Source of the DNA: an uncultured Chthonomonadaceae bacterium
GTDB taxonomy: Bacteria; Armatimonadota; Chthonomonadetes; Chthonomonadales; Chthonomonadaceae
Length of the DNA stretch: 64,000 nt
Direction: 5' to 3'
NCBI GenBank assembly: GCA_963835065.1
Contig: CAWIEK010000033.1
Coordinates: forward strand, 1-64,000
Below, in pieces: positions 29,857 through 39,103 of this stretch (position 1 is the stretch's first letter; each line of letters opens with the position of its first letter). A program made the position numbers and the translations under genes. The notes beneath the pieces were generated by a model, which worked only from the letters and a program-made list of their open reading frames with translations, was not told where the DNA came from and made no database searches.

Positions 29857-29957
29857 GAGTATTGGGTGTTCGGTGTTCGGTGTTCGGTATTTGGGTATTT
29901 GGTGTTGGGGGAGTGGCATTGTCTTAAATGCTCAATGCTTCATGCTCAACGCTCAAT
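29837..29957. repeat. composite microrepeat (GGTTGAG)x3, (GTGTTCG/GTATTGG)n, then AATGCTC-type x4
   Basis: The first array supplies the last codons and TGA of the MNIO gene; the last array precedes the next RBS. Confidence 0.85.
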
Positions 29958-29970
29958 CGAAGGATGAGAA

Positions 29971-30612
29971 ATGGGATTACGGGACGTGCAGCATGGGCTG
30001 GCGCGGCTGCTGACGGATGATGGTCTGCGGGAACGGTTTGCGGTTGACCCGCAGGGCGTGGCGCAAACGCTGAATCTGGATGCGGCGGATGCGGCGCAGT
30101 TGTCCCTTCTGGCAAGCGCGGAAGTGGAGCGCTTTGCCCGTTCGCTGCGCGCCAAGCGGTGGAACGAAATTCAGAAGTTGCTGCCGGTTTCCACGCAGGC
30201 GGCGCAAAATTTCGGGTTTCCGTTGCGGCGGTTGTTCTTCGATTTCGCGCAAACGTATGCGCCACAGGGCGGCAAGCGCCATACGCAGGACGCCCTTGCT
30301 TTCGCCGATTGGACAGCGCGGCAGTCGAGCGGAACGCCGCAAGATTTCATTCCCACAAACGCGGTATGGCTTTCCGACTTACTGCGCTATGAAGCGGCGT
30401 GGCTGGAAATGCATCTGCTGCCGTCACGACGCTGGATGCTGCGCCGGTTCGCCTACCCTATTCCCCAATGGATACGCGCCCAAACGCTTGCTGCCGCCGA
30501 AGGTAAAGTTACCGACAGTTCCCCATCTATGCGAACAACTCTGAGCATATGGCTGCGCCTGTCACCTTCGGGTAAGCTGCGCCATTACAATTTGTCTGCG
30601 CCCAAACTATGA
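29971..30612 (+). CDS. MNIO partner protein (DUF2063-like)
   Basis: Position after DUF692; F..FA..Y...DALAFADW and WLSDLLRYE resemble DUF2063/HvfC-type partners. Confidence 0.65.
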   Translation: MGLRDVQHGLARLLTDDGLRERFAVDPQGVAQTLNLDAADAAQLSLLASAEVERFARSLRAKRWNEIQKLLPVSTQAAQNFGFPLRRLFFDFAQTYAPQGGKRHTQDALAFADWTARQSSGTPQDFIPTNAVWLSDLLRYEAAWLEMHLLPSRRWMLRRFAYPIPQWIRAQTLAAAEGKVTDSSPSMRTTLSIWLRLSPSGKLRHYNLSAPKL

Positions 30613-30654
30613 CAAGCGGGCAGAGAAAGCGAGGCGAAAACACCATCTTGTACG

Positions 30655-31449
30655 CTACTTCCCGTCCTTTCGCAGCAGCGCCACAAAGTCAGGACGTTTC
30701 TGTTCGCGCGCCAGGGAAAGCGGGGTTTCCGCGTTGACGTTGCGAAGGTTGGGGTTGGCTCCGCGCGCCATCAATTCCTGCACCAAACGCTTGCTTTTGC
30801 CGTTCCAAATCGCAAAATGCAGGGCTGTGTTGCCGTCGCGGTTCTGGATGTTCACATTGGCATGGCGCGTCAGCAGCAAGCGCGTCATGGCTTCAGCATT
30901 GGCAGCCGCGGCCACCATCAGCGAAGTGGAGCCGTTCGTACCCTGCGTGTCCACGTTTGCGCCATGCGCAAGCAGCAGTTCTATGAGACACAGGCGGTTC
31001 CGATTGACAGCGGCGCGTATAGGCGTATCGTCATCGGATTGCGGGGCGTTGAGGTCTGCGCCATGCGTAAGCATGGTTTCGGCCAATTGACAGCAGCCTG
31101 CGTCATCGGCAAGCGCCGGTATGCCGGCATCGTCTGTCCATTGCAAGCCTCCCCCACAGGCAAGCAAAAACGCGGTCGGGCTGTCATCGGCAGGGGCAAG
31201 CGAGCGGTGCAGCAGTTGGTCGAGCAGCCGCTTGAAGGTTGGGGCAGGCGGCGGATGGCAGCGCGTATTCGGGTCGGCTCCGGCATGGACAAGGACAAGC
31301 GCCTGCCTGCTGTCGTTGTGGACAAGAGCGGCAATCAGTTGACGATTAAGCGTGTACTGCCGATTCGCCTTCCATACCCACCATCCGCTTGAGCCGACGA
31401 TCACGAGAACAGGCGTCAGCGCCAAAACTAACGAACGTCGCGCTTTCAT
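30655..31449 (-). CDS. membrane-anchored ankyrin repeat protein
   Basis: N-terminal TM; GADPN, TPIRAA, GSTSLMVAA, GNTALHFA, ETPLSLA. Confidence 0.9.
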   Translation of the reverse strand: MKARRSLVLALTPVLVIVGSSGWWVWKANRQYTLNRQLIAALVHNDSRQALVLVHAGADPNTRCHPPPAPTFKRLLDQLLHRSLAPADDSPTAFLLACGGGLQWTDDAGIPALADDAGCCQLAETMLTHGADLNAPQSDDDTPIRAAVNRNRLCLIELLLAHGANVDTQGTNGSTSLMVAAAANAEAMTRLLLTRHANVNIQNRDGNTALHFAIWNGKSKRLVQELMARGANPNLRNVNAETPLSLAREQKRPDFVALLRKDGK

Positions 31450-31457
31450 GGGCGTTT

Positions 31458-32309
31458 CTACCCTCCCCTATCACCTGGTTCCGCCAGGCCGGCGCGCAAA
31501 AGCTGCTGCGGTTCGGAAGCGGGAGAAGTATGGGCGCGCAGCATGGTATCGGGGCGCATGTCAGGCGTGTCGGACGCGCGCAGCAGGGTTTGAAGGGAAT
31601 GTTGACGCTGTATCCGCGCTTCCATCTGTAAAATCAACGCCTGCATCTGCGCGTTCAGCCGATGTTCCGCCGGATACACCGCCGAACGGCTGGCGATACG
31701 CCGCATGGATGTCAGGGTTTCTCCGTCGCCAATATGCGCGAACGCCTGCAATGCGCTGAAACCGAACGCTTCATCCGCATTATTGCGCAGGGTCAGGGGC
31801 AGCACGGCAAGGGTCCAGAGGATTTCCTGCTCGTCCCGATTCAGCAGGCCGATGTCTGCCTCCGTTACCTGTTCCAGCAAGCGGCGGATGGCGGCAAGCA
31901 CGGCAGGGTCACGCCCCCAGTCATGGTGGGTCGCTTTAATCAGCGTCGGCAGGACCGCGATATTCCCCGTTTGCGTCAGCGCGTACACCATACAACGCTG
32001 CGTCTGCTCAACATGAACGACCATTCTTGCAAACAGCAGTCCCCAAGCGAATAGCGCAGCCATCGCAAGAGCGGTATGATGGCCGGAAAAGCCAAAAATA
32101 AGCAGGCCGCCGGCGACAAGGCCGATCCAGGCGAGTGTCGCGCGTACCGCTGCCGCTTCTTCTATTCCATGCTGCAGAGCGGCGACAATAGGGGGAGGAA
32201 GGTGGGCCAGCGTCGGTTCGGACGCCCAATCTGATTTCAAGCGGACAAGGCGTTTCGCCAGGCGCAGGGCTTCCATGCGGGAGGCTTTGTCAGGTATGGA
32301 TTTGGGCAT
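31458..32309 (-). CDS. hypothetical membrane protein with HEAT-like helices and a triple LLR C-terminal motif
   Basis: Two TM segments; ALQAFAHIGD; tail TLLRAS...TMLRA...SEPQQLLRAGL shared with 58549-59351. Confidence 0.65.
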   Translation of the reverse strand: MPKSIPDKASRMEALRLAKRLVRLKSDWASEPTLAHLPPPIVAALQHGIEEAAAVRATLAWIGLVAGGLLIFGFSGHHTALAMAALFAWGLLFARMVVHVEQTQRCMVYALTQTGNIAVLPTLIKATHHDWGRDPAVLAAIRRLLEQVTEADIGLLNRDEQEILWTLAVLPLTLRNNADEAFGFSALQAFAHIGDGETLTSMRRIASRSAVYPAEHRLNAQMQALILQMEARIQRQHSLQTLLRASDTPDMRPDTMLRAHTSPASEPQQLLRAGLAEPGDRGG

Positions 32310-32381
32310 TATACTTCTCCCTTTTTGCCGTTCCACTTTAGGTAAGGAATTTACCAGGCTGCCGCAACTATATCCGGTCTC

Positions 32382-33242
32382 TCAAAGCGATATGGCATCC
32401 AGCAGGGCGCGGTGTTCGGGCGTTAAGTCGGAAAACGGCAGGCGGGCATGTCCCATATCGAAGCCTTGCCGCCCGCAAAGATATTTTAAGGCCGGAATGG
32501 AACCCATCTGTTTTAAGGTCGTTCGCAGTTCATCTACCTGCGGCTGCAAATGATCTTCGCCTGCCCACAACTGCGCGAACAGGCGCGGCGTGGCGTTGGC
32601 AATGGCGGAAATAAACCCATGCGCGCCGATCTGACGGCCTTCCCTTGCAAAGCCGTCACTGGCCGCGAACACAACCGCATGACTGCCGAACTCCTGTACC
32701 AGTTCCGTCATCCGCTCCGTTTTGCCCATCGAATCCTTGACGCCCGCAATGATGCCGTCGTTCAACATCCGCTTCAGGCAGGCAACCGAAATCATATTGG
32801 CGGCATACTGCGGGATGTTGTACGCGAACACGGGCAGGCTTGTCGCCTTGTGTATCTGCGCGTACCATTGATAAATCGCCTCATCGCTTGCCGGGTAGTA
32901 AATCGGCGGCGGCAAAAACACGCCCTGCGCCCCGCTGTCTTCGGCATGACGCGCCAAATCACGCGCGGCCTCGCTTTGCAGCGCCCACACGCCGGCAAGA
33001 ACGGGAACGCGCCCGCCTGCGCCTTCCATTGCCGCCGTCACAATCGCGCGTTTCTCCGCCTCCGAAAGAAACAAAAACTCGCCCGTCGTGCCTGCCGGGC
33101 ATAATCCTGCCGCGCCGTTTTCCACCAGCCAATGCGCGTGTTCCCGCGCGACGCCCGTATCGAGGGTATCATCCTTTTGAAACGGCGTTAATGTCGCCAC
33201 ATAGCACCCTTGTAACGCTTGTTTTCCTTCATTCACCGCCAT
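32382..33242 (-). CDS. dihydrodipicolinate synthase family protein
   Basis: TPF, GTTGEF, PPIYY, YNIP, GVKDS. Confidence 0.9.
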   Translation of the reverse strand: MAVNEGKQALQGCYVATLTPFQKDDTLDTGVAREHAHWLVENGAAGLCPAGTTGEFLFLSEAEKRAIVTAAMEGAGGRVPVLAGVWALQSEAARDLARHAEDSGAQGVFLPPPIYYPASDEAIYQWYAQIHKATSLPVFAYNIPQYAANMISVACLKRMLNDGIIAGVKDSMGKTERMTELVQEFGSHAVVFAASDGFAREGRQIGAHGFISAIANATPRLFAQLWAGEDHLQPQVDELRTTLKQMGSIPALKYLCGRQGFDMGHARLPFSDLTPEHRALLDAISL

Positions 33243-33409
33243 TATTTCGCCTTTCCTTGCGTCGTAACAGGTATGCCGCATAATCAGGCAGGAACCCGCG
33301 CCTGCTTGCTCGAAATTCGTCTTAGATGCTACAGTAGTATAGCACGAGGACAAGGGCACGGAGCGAAACCTGCCGCGCCCATATTGGCTCAACAACGTTT
33401 GGAGCGCGT

Positions 33410-33515
33410 TCTTGTCTGAACCATGATTTTTCATGATTATTGTGATTATCATGATTCGGAGGCGCATTTCTCATGGCAATCATCAAAATCATGAAAAATC
33501 ATGGTTCAGACAAGA
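33410..33515. mobile_element. 106-bp element with 29-bp perfect inverted repeats
   Basis: tcttgtctgaaccatgatttttcatgatt / aatcatgaaaaatcatggttcagacaaga; internal TGATT periodicity of 9-10 nt. Confidence 0.7.
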
Positions 33516-34826
33516 GGCGCACAGACGCGAAAGCGGCAAAACAGGCTTGCGCCCGCGCTTTGTTTGGCTGCCCTGCTGCTTTGCGGCTGCCGGATGGGAA
33601 CGGAGGCGGGCGCGTCCGACAAAGAGATAACCATCTGGTCTATGTGGAGCGGGGCTGAAGAGCGCAATTTTGAGCGGGTTCTGCGCTTGTACGAGCGCAG
33701 CCATCCGGGCGTTCATATCCGCAATTTGGGCGCGGTCAGCGACGATACCAAAACCATTCGCGCCCTTGTGGCCGGAGCGACGCCCGACGTGTTCACGCTT
33801 GCCAATCCCGCGTACCTGGGCGCGCTGGCCCGTAACAAGGCCGTACGCCCGCTGGATGATTTACTGAACAACGGCGGACTGCATGAAGCCGATTTTGTAC
33901 CCGCGTCCCTGCGCCTGTGCCGCTATGAAAACCATTTGTATGGCCTGCCGTTCCTGATTGACGATGTAGCGCTGCTGTGGGACAAGCAGGCGTTCCGCGA
34001 GGCCGGACTCGATCCCGAACGCCCGCCGCAAACGCTGGAAGAACTGGCGGATTACGCCGTCAAACTGACTAAACGCGACTCAAGCGGCAAAATCACGCGC
34101 CTGGGGTTGCGCCCGCCAAACGACCTGTTCATCCTGTTCTTTCTGTTCGGCGGCGGTTTGACGGACGCGCAAACCGGGCAGGCAACGCCGGACGCGCCGG
34201 GCAATGTGGCCGGAATGGAATGGTACAAAACGCTTGTGGATAGATTGGGCGGCATTGAGCAGATCAACGCTTTTTCGTCCGGCTTCGGTTCCAATCAGGG
34301 CGCGAGCAACCCGTTTTATGTGGGCAAAGTGGCGATGATGCTGGATGGCGAGTGGAATCCGTATTGGGTTTCGCGCTACGCCCCACAGATGCAGTACGGG
34401 GTCGCGCCCGTGCCGCCGCCTGCCGCGCATCCCGAACGCGCCGGCACGACCTGGATTGGCGGCAACGTGTTCTGCATCCCCGCCGACAGCAAGCATCCCC
34501 GCGAAGCGGCGGAGTTTCTCGTCTGGATGCAGTCGCCCGAAGCCCAAACCGCCTTTGCCCACGACATGAACAACGTGCCCAACATCCGCGCCGCGCTGCA
34601 ATCGCCGCAACTGCGAACGGGCACAGCCTTTCGCCGTCAGTTCGGCAAGTTTCTTGATCTGGCCGATAGTCCCAACGCCGCGTATTTCCCCGCCATGCCC
34701 TCCGCCAGCCTGTACATGAGCGAAATGAGCAACGCCACCGACAAAGTTCTCTACGGCGAACAAACCTCGATGCAAGCCCTTCACGCCGTCAAACTTCACA
34801 TGCAAAAAGAGGAAGCGCAGCCATGA
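33501..34826 (+). CDS. carbohydrate ABC transporter substrate-binding lipoprotein
   Basis: Lipobox LLCGC, PDVF, YGLPF, PPQTLEEL, GKVAMMLDGEW. Confidence 0.88.
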   Translation: MVQTRGAQTRKRQNRLAPALCLAALLLCGCRMGTEAGASDKEITIWSMWSGAEERNFERVLRLYERSHPGVHIRNLGAVSDDTKTIRALVAGATPDVFTLANPAYLGALARNKAVRPLDDLLNNGGLHEADFVPASLRLCRYENHLYGLPFLIDDVALLWDKQAFREAGLDPERPPQTLEELADYAVKLTKRDSSGKITRLGLRPPNDLFILFFLFGGGLTDAQTGQATPDAPGNVAGMEWYKTLVDRLGGIEQINAFSSGFGSNQGASNPFYVGKVAMMLDGEWNPYWVSRYAPQMQYGVAPVPPPAAHPERAGTTWIGGNVFCIPADSKHPREAAEFLVWMQSPEAQTAFAHDMNNVPNIRAALQSPQLRTGTAFRRQFGKFLDLADSPNAAYFPAMPSASLYMSEMSNATDKVLYGEQTSMQALHAVKLHMQKEEAQP

Positions 34827-35731
34827 TTCAATCGAAAATCGAAAATCGAAAATCGAAAATCGAGTGGCTTGGTCTTGCCTTCGTATCGCCCTGGCTGATC
34901 GGCTTTTTCATTTTCACGCTATACCCGATTCTGGCTTCGCTGTACTACAGCTTTTGCGATTACCGCGTGTTGACGCCGCCGCATTGGGTGGGCGTTCGCA
35001 ACTATGTGGAACTGTTTACGGATCACGATTACTTTTTGCCAAGTCTGTCGAATACGCTGTTCATGTTTTTGGAACTGCCCATCGGCCTGGTTATCGGGCT
35101 GGCGATTGCGCTATTGCTCAATCTCAAACTGCGCGGCATGGCGTGGTTTCGGACATTGTATTATATTCCGTCCGTCGTGCCGACCGTCGCTTCGGCCATT
35201 TTGTGGCTGTGGCTGCTGAACCCGGAATACGGATTGGTGAACAAAAGTCTGGGCTGGCTGCATCTGCCCACGCCCGCCTGGCTCTCAGATCGCGTCTGGG
35301 CCAAGCCGGGTTTTATCGTCATGGATTTGTGGGGCGTGGGCGGCAGCATGATCATCTATCTGGCCGCTTTGCAGGGAGTTCCCGCGCATCTGTACGAAGC
35401 GGCGGAACTGGACGGCGCGACGGGCTGGGACAAACTGCGCCACGTCACCCTGCCCGCCATTTCGCCCGTGATTTTCTTCAACCTGATTTTGAGCGTCATC
35501 GGCACGTTCCAGTATTTCACGCAGGCGTTTGTAATGACGGGCGGCGCGGGCGGGCCTGCCAAAAGCACCCTGTTCTACGCCCTTTATCTCTACCAGAACG
35601 CTTTCCAGTATTTCCGCATGGGCTACGCCTGCGCAATGGCCTGGGCGCTGTTCGTCCTGACTTTAATTGCCTCCTTCATCGTCTTCAAAACCTCGGCACG
35701 GTGGGTGTACTATGAGGGCGGGGAACGGTAG
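34823..35731 (+). CDS. carbohydrate ABC transporter permease
   Basis: FVSPWLIGF, YYIPSVVP, LYEAAELDGA, FRMGYACA. Confidence 0.92.
   Translation: MIQSKIENRKSKIEWLGLAFVSPWLIGFFIFTLYPILASLYYSFCDYRVLTPPHWVGVRNYVELFTDHDYFLPSLSNTLFMFLELPIGLVIGLAIALLLNLKLRGMAWFRTLYYIPSVVPTVASAILWLWLLNPEYGLVNKSLGWLHLPTPAWLSDRVWAKPGFIVMDLWGVGGSMIIYLAALQGVPAHLYEAAELDGATGWDKLRHVTLPAISPVIFFNLILSVIGTFQYFTQAFVMTGGAGGPAKSTLFYALYLYQNAFQYFRMGYACAMAWALFVLTLIASFIVFKTSARWVYYEGGER
34827..34863. repeat. (AAAATCG)x4-5 in frame at the permease N-terminus
   Basis: Encodes QSKIENRKSKIE. Confidence 0.85.
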
Positions 35732-35801
35732 GATTTTCGATTTTCGATTTTCGATTGCCGATTGTGGATGTGGCTTATGTCTTTTCTTCTCTTCTTCTCT
35801 T
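35732..35801. repeat. (GATTTTC)x3 directly after the TAG, then CTTCTCTT-type 8-mers
   Basis: tag gattttc gattttc gattttc gattgcc gattgtg gat ... ttcttctcttcttctctt. Confidence 0.85.
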
Positions 35802-35890
35802 TATTAGGTGTCGGCAGGAGATTAGAAGCGACGTGAAGAATTAACTTTCGGAAACGCTGCGCAGAAAAGTGACGCGCCAGGAGGCCGATT

Positions 35891-37147
35891 GTGCGGATAC
35901 TGATGCTTTCGTGGGAATATCCTCCCAAAATCGTGGGCGGCATTGCCCGCCATGTGGAAGAATTGTCGTGGGAACTGGCAAAACTGCCGGGCGTGGAAGT
36001 GCATGTCGTGACGTGCGACTTTCCGGGCGCGGCGGAAGAAGAGGTGTTTGCGGGCGTCCATATTCATCGCGTTGCCGCGTATGACGCGCCCGGAGGCCAT
36101 AAAGACTTTTTCCACTGGATACACCAACTCAACGCCGCCATGCGTGACCGGGCGGACGCGCTGTGCCGCGAATGGCTGGCCGGCAAAAAACCCGGCGACC
36201 CGCCCCGCGATCCGAAAACGCTTTCGGACGCAGACGCCATTGTGCTGCACGCGCACGACTGGCTGGTCTGGTTCGCGGCCAATGAACTGAAATACACGTA
36301 CAAACTGCCGCTCGTGGGCACGATCCACGCGACGGAATATGGGCGCAACAACGGCATCCACAACGAAACGCAGCGCTACATCAACAGCATCGAGTGGAAA
36401 CTGGCGTATGAGTCGTGGCGCATCATCGTTTGTACTCACTTCATGCGGGGCGAAGTGATGCATGCCCTCCACGCGCCCGCCGATAAATTGGACATTATTC
36501 CGAACGGCGTTAATGCCGAAAAATTCGCGTTTGATTTTCCCCCGGAAGAAGCGGCGGAGTTTCGGGCGCAGTTCGCCGCGCCCAATGAGAAAATCATCAT
36601 GTTTGTCGGGCGCGGCGTCCGGGAAAAGGGCGCGCAGGTGCTGATCGCTTCCCTGCCGAAAGTGCGCCATTTCTACCATGACGCCAAATTGGTAATCGCG
36701 GGCGGCGGCTATCGGCAGCATTTGATAGACCAGGCGCATGCTATCGGCATGGGCGCGCACGTCCTGTTTACAGGCTTTATTCCCGATGACGCGCTGCTGC
36801 GGCTGTACAAAGTGGCCGACATCGCGTGTTTCCCAAGCCTGTACGAGCCATTTGGAATTGTCGCGCTGGAAGGCATGGCCGCGCATGTCCCGCTTGTGGT
36901 ATCCAACGCGGGCGGCCTGCCCGAAGTGGTGGAAAACAACGTGACCGGCATCACCACGTTTGCCGACAATCCCGACAGCCTTGCGGATGGCCTGCTGTAT
37001 GTGCTGCACAACCCTGACCGCGCGCAGGCAATGGCCGACGAAGCCCTGAAGCGCATTGCAACCGTGTTCAACTGGGCCAACATCGCCCAACAAACCAATG
37101 ATGTGTACGTCCGCTGCTGGCAGGAGTATGTAAAATCCGACTGGTAG
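35891..37147 (+). CDS. glycosyltransferase family 4
   Basis: LSWEYPPKIVGG, HAHDW, TIHATEYGR, PSLYEPFGIVALEGMA. Confidence 0.92.
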   Translation: MRILMLSWEYPPKIVGGIARHVEELSWELAKLPGVEVHVVTCDFPGAAEEEVFAGVHIHRVAAYDAPGGHKDFFHWIHQLNAAMRDRADALCREWLAGKKPGDPPRDPKTLSDADAIVLHAHDWLVWFAANELKYTYKLPLVGTIHATEYGRNNGIHNETQRYINSIEWKLAYESWRIIVCTHFMRGEVMHALHAPADKLDIIPNGVNAEKFAFDFPPEEAAEFRAQFAAPNEKIIMFVGRGVREKGAQVLIASLPKVRHFYHDAKLVIAGGGYRQHLIDQAHAIGMGAHVLFTGFIPDDALLRLYKVADIACFPSLYEPFGIVALEGMAAHVPLVVSNAGGLPEVVENNVTGITTFADNPDSLADGLLYVLHNPDRAQAMADEALKRIATVFNWANIAQQTNDVYVRCWQEYVKSDW

Positions 37148-37287
37148 CCTTTTCGCGCCATCTGACAATCTAAACGTTCTCACGCTGTGGTCGGGCGCAT
37201 ACGTCTTTATACTTTTTACCAAAAAATAAAGAACATGGGAGTCACAGTATTGTCTGATTCTCGTAATAGTACAGGGGGAGGAACCCC

Positions 37288-39096
37288 ATGCGCGCGATTT
37301 GCAGAGGAGAACACCCCGTTATGCCAGCGTTCCCGGCAAGAAAACCACATTCCGCCCATAGTTGCGGACAACAATGGGATTCTGACTTTTTGTCGCGCCT
37401 TCCGCGATTTTGGAAGCGGCGTGGCATTTGCCTTGCGCTGCCATTTGCGCTGACGGTCGGGATAGGAACGCATGCAAACGCGCAGGACAAGGCGGCGGGC
37501 GATCTCTTTTCGGTGTTTGCCGTTGCTTCGCCCCTGCCTTCCAGGCCGTTGGGAGAACTTGCGCCGTCCGGCACGCTGTCGCGCTTCGATGCGCTGGCGG
37601 GCATCCAAACGGATGTGATTTTCGGGACCAACACCGGCGGCCCGTATGCGCTTTCGTGGAAAAAGGCGCAGTCCAACAGCGAAACTGTCGAATGTGGCGG
37701 GCGAACCTTGCAGCGCGACATTGATTACACCGTCAACGCGGATGCGGGAACCATCCAGTTCGCTTCGCCCCTGCCGACCGGAACCGCCGCCAGCGTCACC
37801 TATTCCACCAACGCGCCCGGCGCGATCCGCAGCGTTCCCGAAGCCCGCCTGCTGCACATGGATTTACTCAGCAAAGGCAAGAATCGCCTGCGCCTGCGCA
37901 CCCGGATTCAGGACGAGACCGCATCCGGCGTCCTTCCCTCTGCTCCGTCCGCCACGACTCCCAACAGTGCGTCCACAGCGGCGCAGTTCGGCGTCAACGC
38001 GTTGCAATGGACGGGCAGTACGCCCCTGCTGCGCAATTCCCTCTTCACGTCGCAGTTGGATTCTCGCTTGTTTTTGGATTTGCAGGGCGGCGATTGGATG
38101 GATCGGGGCGGCATGGCATTGGCGCAGCAGACGAAGATGGGCAAGGCCAACATAAACTTCGCGTATGCCCGCGCCGGGGCGCAGTTTACGCAAACCGACG
38201 AAAGCGGCATCGCGGCGGGACAGGAAACGCTGGGCGCAAAACTTGCGGTTGCCCCGGCAAAAGGCGTCACGGTTGCGGGCGGCGTTCAGGAAACCACGTT
38301 CGTACCCGCCGCAGGCAGCGCATCCGCGCCCGTGAAAACCCTGCAAACCAGTGGCGAAATCGGTTTGGAAATACCCGCGCTTGCCAAAACCAAAATTACG
38401 TCGAAGGTGGAAGACCGCGTTAATAAGGACGGCCAAACGCTGACGGCGGAAACCAATGTTCAGCTTCCCCGCCTGCCGCTTGCGCAAACGCAAATTACAG
38501 GCGGCGTTCAGTATTCCGCCGATCCCAAACAGGAGCGCACTGTGGGCCTGCTTTCCGCCACCTCCAAACCGCAGCGCTATCTCGAGGTGACCGGTGACGC
38601 CCGTATTCGCGCCGGCCAGCTTGCCGACAACGCGCCCGACCCTACTATCCGCAACACCTACGGGTTAAAACTCAACTTTGCGCCTTCCAAACGGCTTCGG
38701 CTTGGTGGCGGCACGATTTTCAACCCGGAAGCCGGAAGCGGAATCCTCAACGGACAGCGCAACACCCTGAATCTGGAATCGGATTGGGGCTTTTTTGCCC
38801 TGAAGGGGCAGATGGGGCTAGACCAGGATTACGACAAGGCTCATTCGTCCGGCACATCCGAATTGGGACTTGACCTGCGCCTCACCCGTTGGGACGTGTT
38901 CAGCACGGGTTTTCGCGGGCAGGGATTGTTCGACGCCACCACGCCGGGCACGGGAACCTACCTGCTCGGCTTCAAGCACCGCCTGGGTTCCGCGTTCGAC
39001 TTAATGCTCAATGGCGAAGTGACTCGCCCGCTCCTCGGCGGTGACGCTTCCAAAACCGAAATCAAAACAGAGGCCAAGTTGGGGCTGCGGTTTTAA
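37288..39096 (+). CDS. hypothetical exported protein, probable beta-barrel C-terminus
   Basis: Signal-like segment ending ANAQ, DIDYTVNADAGTIQF motif, amphipathic strands, C-terminal KLGLRF; start uncertain. Confidence 0.6.
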   Translation: MRAICRGEHPVMPAFPARKPHSAHSCGQQWDSDFLSRLPRFWKRRGICLALPFALTVGIGTHANAQDKAAGDLFSVFAVASPLPSRPLGELAPSGTLSRFDALAGIQTDVIFGTNTGGPYALSWKKAQSNSETVECGGRTLQRDIDYTVNADAGTIQFASPLPTGTAASVTYSTNAPGAIRSVPEARLLHMDLLSKGKNRLRLRTRIQDETASGVLPSAPSATTPNSASTAAQFGVNALQWTGSTPLLRNSLFTSQLDSRLFLDLQGGDWMDRGGMALAQQTKMGKANINFAYARAGAQFTQTDESGIAAGQETLGAKLAVAPAKGVTVAGGVQETTFVPAAGSASAPVKTLQTSGEIGLEIPALAKTKITSKVEDRVNKDGQTLTAETNVQLPRLPLAQTQITGGVQYSADPKQERTVGLLSATSKPQRYLEVTGDARIRAGQLADNAPDPTIRNTYGLKLNFAPSKRLRLGGGTIFNPEAGSGILNGQRNTLNLESDWGFFALKGQMGLDQDYDKAHSSGTSELGLDLRLTRWDVFSTGFRGQGLFDATTPGTGTYLLGFKHRLGSAFDLMLNGEVTRPLLGGDASKTEIKTEAKLGLRF

Positions 39097-39103
39097 TCCG
39101 CTT

